A DNA stretch of 64,000 bases, from the NCBI RefSeq assembly GCF_009914755.1, contig NC_060926.1; one strand, written 5' to 3'. The notes under the pieces were generated by a model. That model was not told where the DNA came from, searched no databases, and was given only the letters and a program-made list of their open reading frames with translations. This DNA is from the human T2T-CHM13v2.0 reference genome, Homo sapiens. The position numbers were made by a program, and so were the translations under genes. Each line of letters starts with the position of its first letter. The first letter of the stretch is position 1. Below are positions 42,326 to 55,619 of the stretch, in pieces.

Positions 42326-44544
42326 CTTTTACTTAAAAACAGTCAAAAGTGTCTTCAGAAGAACTCCAAATCCTTGTACTCTAGCTTCCCACTTAGCTTC
42401 TATAATAGCTGGCTTCAGGTCCTCTGAATGTTTTTCATAATACATTTAACATATAAACTGTACTCCCACATTTACATACTGTTGTGTTTTTTAATGTCTT
42501 TGCACATGCTCTTCCCTTTACTTTCAATATCCTCCTATCTTTTCCTTCCCATCCCACATACACAAGCTTCCAGCCTGGTAGATTTCTTCTTTTTCTTCAA
42601 GGCCCAGATTATAGCAATTTCATTCAATAAGCCTCCAGTCAGATTTCTTCTCTGTTCCCCTTACTCTGAGTAGCTGAATTTACAGTAGTACATTCACATC
42701 TAACTTTTAAAATTCCATCTATTATAAGACCCATAGATTTAATGCCAACTTTTGGAAAGGATATAATCAAATGTACTCAGTGATTGTATTTCAGAAACAT
42801 TAAAATTTGTAAGTCTTGGAATCAAAAAATAGGATACTGGCTGAAATGTCTGTCTCTTTCACAAATCTCTAAAAAGGTAGGACTTGAATCATCCTTGTAT
42901 CTTTTCCCATTAACCAGTTCTAGCCTTGGTGTTTCCATACAAGGAGTTCCTCATACAGGGAGTTTTTAATTAATATTTGTTGAACAATGTGTGTGGGTGT
43001 TGCAGGTAAGAGAAGTATTAAAACTGGAAAGCATTCAACTCTCCAGCAATTCAACTTGGGTTGAACCAGTTTTTTAAATGTTGATTGCAATACTTTTGGC
43101 CACTTGCCACATGACTCTTGTTTCTAAGAATCTCTATAACTGAGAATCTCTACAGCTCTGCTTGTTCACTAATGCAATTCTTTGTCTTTCACAATTACTC
43201 TCTTTCCTGGGCAAAACACAGAACTAAACTTTACCTCATTCATTTATATTATTTCCATTTAACTGAATCAGCGTACCCCCTCTGTGGGTAAAATATGGAT
43301 AAAATAGCCCTAGCCTCATATTCATTCTAGCTTATAACCAGCTAAAATCATTCTTACAATATAGTTTATGCTGAAACGATATCCTGATTGGGATTCTAGA
43401 CAGCTGGGCAACACATTTCTTCTACAAAGAAGAAATCTCAAAACAGAAGCCATGCTAGAAACAAACACTAGTTGCATTTCCTGCCTTTAAAAAAACTATG
43501 CTCAGCAGTTTGAAAAGGCAAAGAAAAAAATCTGCAATGAAAATATGAAATCTGTCCATCTCGTCTTTTGCAATCCAAACTTCAGCGTCCTCTGAGGCTA
43601 TGTAACTGCTCATGTTTCCATGAGAATTGACAATGTAAGGCTGGACAGAGGCCTGAGTTGGTATCTGGTAGCACAGAATTGTCAGTAAACTGTCTCCCTG
43701 GTTTATAGCACTGTCAGAATGCAACATACTCAACACAAATTATGCTACATTAGGACCTTTGATACTGGTAACTTTGTCCAAGTTGTGTTATGGAGTTTTC
43801 TGAATTAGATGATAAGTGAAATGCATATACCAACCCCTTTCAAAATTTGCTAATCAGATTATCCTTTGAATGCGTTTTCTGGACTGGCCCCACAACCTTG
43901 TTGCTAATGCCATACCTTCCCCTCCATCTGGACCAGGACTCTAATAGTAGAACTGACTTGAAAATAATCAGTGCTGGGTGCAAAGAGATTGTAAGTGTAC
44001 ATGTGGCCCTCTGTGGCCCTCTCTCTGTGTGTCTAATACAATAAACTGGCAATGCAGGGAAAATTCCATGAAAAGCATAAAGTGCTATGTAAAGGCAGTG
44101 CATCATTTTTGCAGTCTAAGCTGAAACATAAATGATTTTTGCATACCTGCCTTGTATTAACATATTTTATTCCTTCTTTATTCACCTTGCACATGTTTAT
44201 TTTCTAGAAGGCTCTAAATATACATTTTTAAACAAGTAAGCCCTGCCCACTGTTAGACTAGACAAATAAAAACTGATTTTTGAGATTTTCAAGACAGATG
44301 AATTGCAATTTATGTATTTCACTAACTTTCTTGAATGCTATAATCATCAGCAATTCTAAATACACCAGTTGAATGACTCAATTTGTTTTGGTTTTCTATT
44401 TGACTTACTAAATCAGTGGGAATTAGATACCCTTATTATACTTCCAGTTCAGATGACATGCAAGTTATATTCAAAGTGTTCACTTTTGAAAAGCATTTCC
44501 TAATTATAACTAGTAATGATGATAATAGTAATTATTATCATAAA

Positions 44545-44795
44545 AGTAAGCAGCATTTTCATAATTTATTATGTGCCAGGCACTGTACTAAGCACTTTAT
44601 TTACATAATTTAATCTAATCCTTTCTTACATCCCATAGAGTAGGCACTATTATTATTCCCATTTTACAGATGTAAAAACTGAGGTTCAGATAGTAAATAA
44701 TGTCCTAATGTCATACAGCATATAAGTGAAGGAGCTAAGACTAGATCCCAGATCTGTCTGACTCAGAGCCTATGCTGCAAACCACTGCCATTATT
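44545..44795 (-). mobile_element. MIR (MIRb-like), near full length
   Basis: atgtgccaggcactgtactaagcacttt...attattcccattttacagatgtaaaaactgaggttcaga...ccagatctgtctgactcagagcc. Confidence 0.92.
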
Positions 44796-45721
44796 CTGCA
44801 TTTCCAATTCATCAGCTGTTGATTATCTCTTTATAAAAGCAGAGATTAGTCTTTTCACGCTACACACGCTCATTCATGACTTTCCTTTACACCCCGCCTC
44901 TTGGTGTTGGTAACTGATGAGTACTACCGTTGGAGTTTTGCTAAAATTGTTCAAGAGCTATTTGGAGAAACGCCAAACATCACAGTTAGGAAGAAGCCTG
45001 GCATTGCCATTCTCTGTATGGCTTTATGTATCTATGTTTGGCCCAAGAAACTACTTTAACACGCTATTCTGTTGCAGCCTTTGGGAAAGGGATCGAGGAT
45101 TCTCGATTTACTAGGCTGTTGGTGCGTTTGTGAGCAGCGCTCTGCCCTGTTTGTTGAATTTGGTGACAGCTTTCAGTGACATTTTGCTGATACAGCTCTT
45201 CTGCTTTGTGAAGGCATCCCCAAAGAAAACTGGTCCATGACCTTAGATGTCAACCTGTCATCAGCCTGCGACATTGCGTTGATTCTTCAGAATGATCTGT
45301 GACCTCCTTACACTTTTCTTGCATGGGGGGTACTTTGCAAATGACAGACTTCAGCATGGAGGATGCTGCATGTCTTGAGAACTTTTGACAGAAAGTCTTG
45401 GAAATTCCCCTAGGCTAAACTCCCCCTCCTTCCCACATTGATACTTGGGTTTGAGCTGCCCATCTATGCCTTAGGCTTATTGCCCAAACTACAAATTCAG
45501 TTCAGACTCACTTGGTATTACTTAGACATCCTCTTTCACCCTTTGAAAAAGGGACAAGAGAGATTGGCATTCTTTTTGGAAAAATCTAGCTATGAACCTT
45601 CCCAAGCCCATGAGCCAATGGGAGAGCTATGAAGCATTGCCGGAAGAACTGACTGGGAATTTTCCAGATGGGTGTCTGTTAGTACACAGTTACAAATATT
45701 CTCTCTGTTTTCCTGAACTGA

Positions 45722-46058
<337 letters not shown>

Positions 46059-48110
46059 GACATGTTTTTCATTTATAGAAACAAAATTTGAAGAAAAACT
46101 GTTAAGGACAACCTTCTCTACTTGTGCAAACAAGGAGGAACAAAATATACAAATGCTATAAATCTACATGATCAAGAATCTTGTTTGTGTGTTTGTGAGC
46201 ACACACACGCATGTGCATTTGTTTTAAATGAGAGGATTTTTTTCATTAATTTATGGTCTCGTAGATATCTTTATCTACCCAGATTTTATTGGCATAATAA
46301 TCCAAATTAGATATTGGCTTAAAGAGATGGATGTGCTTAGTTTAAACATGCTAAGAATAAGCTCCATTAAAAACAAACTATTAGAAAAACAATTTTGTTT
46401 TTATCAACTGTACCTAAACTACTTTAATATAGATTTGTACCTTAAAGCAAAGCCAAGCATTAACTTTAGTAGCTATCCCTGTGCTTTTCATATTATTTGC
46501 AGCATCAAAAATTGAATAAAAGAAAGAGAAAGTGAGAAAGAATGTGAACAATTGGCAGTTTCATCATGAAATAAGCAATTGGATGAAACAGAAAAAGATC
46601 TGAAAAAGGATTTCAAATTTCTGTTCTTATAAAATAGCCCTTGTATCAAGTCCATTCATTTTTCTATTAAATAAGTTTATATTGCCCTCTTATTATTTTT
46701 AAAACGAGGTATTTCCTTAAGCCTGCTCTACTCTCACCGCCAATCACAGCAACAACGAAACAAACTCTGTTATTCGCTTTATTCCATTCCACAGGGTGGT
46801 TTTTTGGTAAGTTGAATCATTGATATTGCACCTTTTTGGCTTTCATGTGACAAGATTATCTTTTAACAATGATTTATTTTTCCCATTAAAGTTGAAAAGA
46901 TCACTTGATCATAAAAGAGCCAGACTCTAACATCATTCAGGGCTTTGGAAACTTTCTTAGACCTCATTTTTCAGCTACATTGAGTCAGGGAGCTCAAAGA
47001 CTATTGATGAAGCATGTATTGTTTTCTAGCTGCTTAAGAAAATGTATTGGCATTAGTAAATAATGCTGAACACAGAGGTCAAAAGAGTAAGTTATTCATG
47101 TTCATGCACATTTAGTTTCTGATTTTTACATTATAGTCCAAAAATAAGTTTATGAATCCTGACAGTCTCCAAGACACACAAATCCTGGCTACTTATTTTA
47201 AAGCAAAACTATACCACACATTTACCGTGGATTGTATTTTCTAATTCATTATGTACCAACCAATAATGAACTGACCTAATGCTGTTGTGAAATAAAGGCA
47301 GAAGGCATCTAATGGGGAAAAGCACCAGATAAATGTTGAAGGATCGACCTCTTTATCTTGATTCTGAACTATTTGGAAGCCTAATAGAAATTATTTTAAC
47401 CCCTTTAAATCACCAACTCTTCATTTCCAAAATGGGAAAAATAATGGAAATGTGAGGACTTTAAAAAGTGAATCAGCCAGGGGATAGTTATTATTAACTT
47501 TAATTAAGATGACAAGTAGATAGATGAAATCAAATCACTATTGCATTTTCTTGGTAATAGCATGATACCAAATATTTATAATCAAATATGGTTTTTGCCT
47601 TCTACATGATTGAATTTTCCTTGATGATAATTGGAAGAAAAAACAAATAAAACTTTGGAAACTCTTTACTATCCAGTGTTTGAAATCATTACTAGCCAAA
47701 TTCATAGGCCTTCTGAATTCTTGGACACAAAAAAGAAAATTTCATGTTGTCAGTATGGTTTGGGAATATTCTAAATTGCAAAGAATAGCTTCATGTTCAT
47801 TGGAGAAGGGGAGCGAAGTCTACTGAAATTTAAAGTATTAATTCGGTTGTAGCTTTTCCATATAGACTTGACTACTGAGTCTGGAAATTAAATTAGTCAG
47901 AGTTATGTAACTACTAATCCCCAAGAAAAACCCCTAAGATATTTACAAAATTCCATCATGATCATCACCATCATCATCATCACAAATCATTGCCATAACC
48001 ATCAAAATTAATAAGTAGTTATTAAAAGCTTCATAGGAAAACACACCATGCTTGCTTCTGCTCTAACAACACTGTAGCACTGGTTCCCGGCCTTGACTGC
48101 ATATCAGAAT

Positions 48111-48649
48111 TGTACTGCATATCTCCTGCTGCCTAACCATATTACTGCCAACTTAGCTACCTAAAGCAATACAAATTTATTATCTCACAGTTTCTGTGGG
48201 TCAGAAGTCTGGGCACAGCTTAGCTGAATCCTCTGCAAGGCTGCAAAATCAAGGTGTCAGCCATAGGCGGGTTCTCATCTAGAGGCTCAACTGAGGATAG
48301 GTCTGCTTCCAGGTTCACATAGTCATTGGCAGGATTGAGTTCCTTGTGGGTTGTTGGACTGAAGGCCTCAATCCATCATTGGTTGTTGGCCAAAAGCCTT
48401 GTGGACCATCTTACAGCATGGCAGCTGCCCTCATCAAAGCAGCAAGGGAGAGACAGATTATTAGTACAGCAGAAGTTTTAATCCCATGTAACATAATCAT
48501 GAAGGTTACATCCAATCACCTTTGCTACCTACTGTTGGTTAGAAGCAAGTCACAGTTCCCACCTTACATCCTAGGGGAGGGGACTACACAAGGTATAAAC
48601 ACAAGAAAGGGGGGATAATTAGGGGTCATCTTAGAACCTGACTGCCATA
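48111..48649 (-). mobile_element. MLT1 (E/F-like) solo LTR inserted into a MER5-type relic
   Basis: atttattatctcacagtttctgtgggtcagaagtctgggcacagcttagctg...; perfect 5-bp TSD agaat (48106-48110 / 48650-48654). The flanks rejoin as MER5-like tggttccc..ccttgactgcatatcagaatc...gagcttttcaaaaata. Confidence 0.88.
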
Positions 48650-50609
48650 AGAATCTAGTGGTAGAGCTTTTCAAAAATAAATATTTTTGAAGCTCATTCA
48701 TTAAAAAATCCAATGTAAGAAGTCTGCAGTTTGAGCTATAAGTAAGTGTTTTAAAAGAAAAACTCCCCAGATAAGTAAAGTGCATAGCCAGGTTTGGAAA
48801 CTCCCTGCACAATGGAAGCTAGTTTTATTCTGGCTCTCTGGTGGAGACATGACTTACCAAGACATAACATATACAAGATTTGCATTTGAAAAAAGGGGAA
48901 ATAGACCATGAATGCCTGTTTCGATAACTAGTTTTCTAGTGAGGGGAAGTCTTCTCTTTGGCTATTGATTAATGTAATAATGTTCAAAAACTTTTATGAA
49001 CTGCTTCATTATATAACTAAAAACTACCATGGATATATTATGTATGTTAGTATGATTAAAATTACGCATTTTACCATAACAATCCTTTTCCAATGTTGTG
49101 AGTTCTGAAATAAATGAAAATAAAAGGTGCTTTACCTAATCATTTGCTAACGAAACTAAGGGGTAAATAATATGAAAAATGTAATACATTTATATCATTG
49201 CTGATAATAGGAGCATTTAATTGAGAATCTACTACATGACAGGTACACAAAGTTAGAGGAATCTCTGACCCTCATAAAAGTTTTCGAGGTAGATAAACTT
49301 TATTATCCACATTCTTCACATAGGAAATCATACTTAAGAAAAATTAAATAACTCTTAGGCCACAAAATTAATACAGTATTGAAGGCAGGAGGTGAATCTA
49401 TTTTAAACTTACTCCCAAAAATATATTGCCTGGTAGCTGGATTCAATTTACCATGGGGAAGGGGGCAGAGAGATGTTATCTTCTTTTTAACATTAAGGAA
49501 TCCCAAATCACTTATTCTCATTATAATACTATATTTTCCAGGTGTTCAGCCTATGGGACCCTCTATAAGAAAAAAACATCAATTTTAAATTACCCTTTTA
49601 ATAAATAACCCCCAAATGCTTTGGGGATTATAAGAGTAGGAAACTTGATTCATTTTTGAATCTCCAGCATGGCAAAGTGCCTGCCACTTTGAATGTATGA
49701 AATTAAGGTTTGATTCTACAAAATAAGAGAATGATGAACATCTTATACAAACCAACTCTATATAAAATAACTTCATTGGTACATTATGTTAGGTTCCATT
49801 TTCTCAGCAAAGAAAACTCAAGCTATATTTTACATTATATTTTCTCCCAGATGCCTATAAGTTAGCACTTAATTTTAGACTGGATAAAAGAAATGAATAG
49901 TGAAGGATCCCATATCCCCATTTTCTGTCTCAACAAAACAAAGCTTGAGGCGAGATAACTTACTGTCCCTCAACATGGTATCTTGTTAGTAATTGAACAT
50001 GTCAGTCATGATATTGGAAATAGTGGTATAACTTGGCATGCCATCTTAGTCCTCCAAAATGTTGGAAATACTTAGGGTTGGATAAATAGCAATGAAGTCA
50101 TACTGCTCTTGCTAACCCCCAGGCCCTGAATTTTGAAAGCATGTCTTTTGTTTTTGTTTTCACACAAGGATCCCTGTTGCTGGTAATTACAGCTTTAGTG
50201 ACTCACATATATTTATATAGCACCTCTTTTCCAAGGTGCCCCATGTACTTTGGAAACATTTCCTAACAAAAGTGTGCTGTAGAAAAAAAGTATTCTCATC
50301 TCCTTAAAGCTGTTCCTGAAAAGGAAAGTAACAGTTGCAGAGATGGGAAGAAATTTTTTTTCAGGTCCCCAAGCACAACGTGAAAATAAATATTCAAAGT
50401 TAACAAATGCAGGGCTAAAGCAAGATTCAAACTAAGGTCTGAATGACTTAGAACCACACAGATTCTATTATGCCCTTATGTGTATGGACCCACTGGAGAG
50501 GTGGTGGAAGATAGCCTTATCTGCTTCTTGCTTCACTGAGGGTCCCAGCACAGCAGGATTAATATGGAAGGGAGAGATGAGCTCCATAAAATAAGATTTT
50601 GGCTTTTAC

Positions 50610-51570
50610 AGCATTCATTTGACAGATGCTTAAAGAGCTCCCACTAGATGCCAGGCAGTATGTGGGACACCGGAAGTACAGCAGTGACTAGGACAAGTGA
50701 CCTTTCCATTCACATGGAGCCTCCATGTGCATGGACATTGCAATCTATCAGCTAAGAACCCTGGTGATGGGTTCAATGTGAATTAGTGGGAAAATACTAG
50801 GATCTGCAGGCATCCCAGGTCTGCTCCCTCCTCTCTCTCTGACCTCACTGTGTAGCTCTCTTCCGTCCTCATTATTTTCCAACCACCACGGCTTCCTTTC
50901 TTTCTCAGATTCATCAAGCTCATCCTCTTCCTGGGGCTTTTGCATTTGCTCCTGTCTACCGGAAATGAGTTTCCAGCAGATCCCCACAAGATGCCCCCCT
51001 TTCCACAGTCAGGTCACCTTCTCAGGAAGCCCTTTCCTGAATAATTCGTCTGAGACATGCCTTCACTGTACCCACCCAGCCACTACCTTTCCCAGTATCG
51101 TGTTTTCCTTTCTTCAGAGCACATGCTATCTAAAACTGCCTTGCTGCTGCTTTTTTTTTTTTGAGACAGAGTCTCGCTCTGTCGCCCAGTGCCACGATCT
51201 CGGTTCACTGCAAGCTCTGCCTCCCGGGTTCATGCCATTCTCCTGCCTCAGCCTCCCAAGTAGCTGGGACTACAGGTGCCCGCCACCACGCCTGGCTAAT
51301 TTTTTGTATTTTTAGTAGAGAAGGGGTTTTGCCGTGTTAGCCAGGATGGTCTCGATCTCCTGACCTCGTGATCTGCCCCCCTCGGCCTCCCAAAGTGCTG
51401 GCATTACAGGGGTGAGCCACAGCGTGCTTCTTTATCTATCACCTCAGTGCTTGCCTTCCTCCTCCACACTGTGGCATCTATGTAAGCAAGACCTTCCCTG
51501 TCTTGGTCTCCTCAGTATCCCTAGCTCTTACTGTGCCTTCAAATAAAAGCTTTTTGGATTTGAATGAATC
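50610..51570. mobile_element. L2 relics (minus 50610-50760; plus 50820-51570, split by the AluY)
   Basis: cattcatttgacagatgcttaaagagctcccactagatgccaggc; caggtcaccttctcaggaagccctttcctga; tail ttgaatgaat. Confidence 0.7.
51151..51424 (-). mobile_element. AluY with a 12-bp internal deletion and slight 5' truncation
   Basis: AluY diagnostics caagctctgcctcccgggttcatgccattctcc and ccgtgttagccaggatggtctcgatctcctgacctcgtgatc. gctggagtgcag is deleted between CAG repeats. Confidence 0.95.
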
Positions 51571-52179
51571 TAACAAACAAGTGCATTAATGAGTCATGTT
51601 GGGTCACCAGCAAAGGATAGGCTCTGATTGAAAAGCAGGCGTTAGCCCTCAGGACCACAACCCAGACCCAGGAAAACATACAGCCCCGAAAAGAATATCT
51701 TAAGAATTTGAGAGTTGCTTTCTAGTCAGTCCAGTGAAAGATGTTCCTCTTCCCAACCCTCACCTTCCACCTCCACCTGAAGTAACTGTCTTCCAACCCA
51801 ACATGGAATACATTGGAAAGATTTGGGAAGAAGAGGAGGAAGCTGCCAGGCTTGGAAGATCAGAGCCAGCCCTGCCAGCCTTGTCCTTTAGGCCAAAAAA
51901 GACTGCCTAAGAAACAGAGGACCCCCAAACTCAGGTGATACTAAAGCCACATTTAGGGTCTTATGTGAATTATATGAATTTCCATAGTGTAATCCCTTTC
52001 AGTGAGGTGATTTGTTGCCAAGTCCCTGTCGGCCCCATATCTCGCTGTACCTCACCTTCCGTTTGCCAGAGAACACCTCTGGCTCAAATTACAAGTGGAT
52101 GTCCTGGTCTTGCTATGGCTTCAGTGAAGTAACATAAACTGCAAAATAGAATAATCAGGAAAGGAGGGAAATTAGCTAA

Positions 52180-53437
<1,258 letters not shown>

Positions 53438-53474
53438 GCCTAAAATATTGGCCTAAATGAAGACTTCAAATGGG

Positions 53475-54095
53475 GATTTATTCATTCAAAAATATTTCTT
53501 GAAAACCTTTTATGAACCAGGATCTCTTCTGGAAAATCAGGCTCTGGTGGATCATCCATTTTGGTGTCAAGAGATACATAATAAATACACAAGATAATTT
53601 CAGATGATATCAGAAATTATAATCAAGATCGTGATGTAATAGAGAAGAACAGATGGAGACGGGTGAGGTGGCCCTTGATTAGATGACCTGAGAAGGTCTC
53701 TTTGAGGAGGAGACATTTGAATAGACACTTGACCTGATAGGAAGCAGGGAGGCATGGAGAGATGTGGGGGGAGTGCAAAGCAGGGAAACTGGTTCTGGGG
53801 AATGAGGGCTTCTGTGAGATCAGGACACACAGAAGGCCAGAGGGATGGGCAAAGCCAGGCCAGGTAGGCCTTGCCAATCAAGATTAGAAGCTTGGCTTTT
53901 ATTCTAAGCTCAGTGGAATGTCAGTGGGGTGTAGGGCAGCAGTAAGCAGAAAATTAGCTGAACCTATTTATTTATTTGTTTTTAAATTATTCCACTGGCT
54001 AAGAGAAGAATGAATTGTAGGGGGAAAGAGTACATACAGGGGACAAATTAGAAGGTTGTTACAGTAGCACAGTCAAGCTATAATAGTGGTGGCTG
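53475..54095 (-). mobile_element. L2 fragment
   Basis: attcattcaaaaatatttcttgaaaacc...gaaggtctctttgaggaggagacatttgaatagacacttga...ttggcttttattctaag. Confidence 0.8.
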
Positions 54096-54169
54096 ATTTG
54101 TATGAGGGAATACTTCATATTCTATTTGTCTTATTTTCCATATGCCTTTTAAACCATTTCCTTTAAGCA

Positions 54170-54400
54170 ATAAAGTGTAGAGAGAAGAGTGGCCCAGGAG
54201 TTAGAAAGCCTAGGTCAATTTTCATGTCACCTCTTAATAATTGTGTTGTCTTGCCCAAGTCATTTAACCTCCCCAGGTCAATTTTATTATCTTTAAAGCA
54301 AGAATATATTTTCTTTTAAGATGAGTCAATCCCATGAGATAATGAACCTGTTACAATGGAAATTGCTACACCATATGGAAGTTATATCTAAATGTGTCCC
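54170..54400 (+). mobile_element. MIR relic
   Basis: ggagttagaaagcctaggtc...tgtgttgtcttgcccaagtcatttaacctc. Confidence 0.65.
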
Positions 54401-55156
54401 TTACAACCATCCTAATGAAGTAATCTATTGTAATATAATGAAGTATAACATTTTTTAAAGGAAAGAATATTTTATAAAGAAAGGGCTTATCTCAAGTTCT
54501 TCTTGGATTATTTAAATGTCACTCAAATTTTCCCTGGAACCTCCCCCCAAACCACAAGAATCACTCCTCATTTTAAATCCTATGTTTACAACTTCAACTA
54601 CTCAATTTACAATAACCTCATATTGTGTATAATGTTATATATCACTAGTGAAAATCACATGCTTATATCTTATCTACTCAACACACTAAACATTTCTTAA
54701 GGGCAGAGTTCATATCTTTTAAACCTGTCTCTCCTACTTTACCCAGAAGAATATTTTGCAGCTGATAGAAGCACTACACATTTTAATTTATTGATTGATT
54801 CCATCCAGAGTTGGACCATTTTTTTATTAAAGAAGGTGAGGAATTTGGCACATGCTGGAGATCAGTCTCAAAGTGAACAATTTTTCACTGTGTACTATTG
54901 AACTCAGTTCCAAAAACAATAGCAAGAAATACATAAAATGTTAGCATTAGGTATTGGTGATTTTTATTGTCTTCGTTTTTCAAAATACCTTCCCAATTTC
55001 CTGCAATTTACACATTATTTCTTTTGAAAACAAATATTGAAGAAAAGAGAAGATATGTCTTGTTTCAAACAGGTCAATCCTTTTTTTTTAACAGAATAGA
55101 ATTTACAGAACATACCAACAGAACCAAGAGAATGTCAGTACTTGAGTTCTCTAAAG

Positions 55157-55619
55157 CAGGGGTTTCCAGCCCCCCAGCCAGGGGCCAGTACCAGTCCATG
55201 GCTTGTTAGGAACCTGGCAGCACAGTAGGAGGTGAGTGGCAGGTGAGAGAGCATTACCCCCTGAGCTCCACCTCTTGTCAGATTAGCAGTGGCATTAATT
55301 TCTCATAGGAGTACAAACCCTATTGCAAACTGCACATGGGAGGGATCTAGGTTGCATGCTCCTTATGAGAATCTAATGCCTAATGATCTGTCACTGTCTC
55401 CCATAACCCCCAAATGGGACTGTTTATTTGCAGGAAAAAAAGCTTGAGGTTCCCATTGATTCTACATTATGGTGAGCATGTAACAATAATAGAAATAAGG
55501 TGTACAATAAATGTAATGTGCTTGAATCATCCTGAAACCATACTCTTCCCCTTACAATCTGTGAAAAAATTGTCTTCCACGAAACTGGTCCCTGGTGCCA
55601 AAATGGCTGGGGACCACTG
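55157..55619 (+). mobile_element. MER1A (hAT-Charlie)
   Basis: caggggtttccagcccccc...ttaggaacctggcagcacag...gaaactggtccctggtgccaaaatggctggggaccactg; perfect 8-bp TSD ctctaaag (55149-55156 / 55620-55627). Confidence 0.94.

Noticed and set aside
50642-50655. CTCF-like CCACTAGATGCCAG
   Set aside because: Mismatch in the conserved GGC core, and it is explained as drifted L2 tail sequence.
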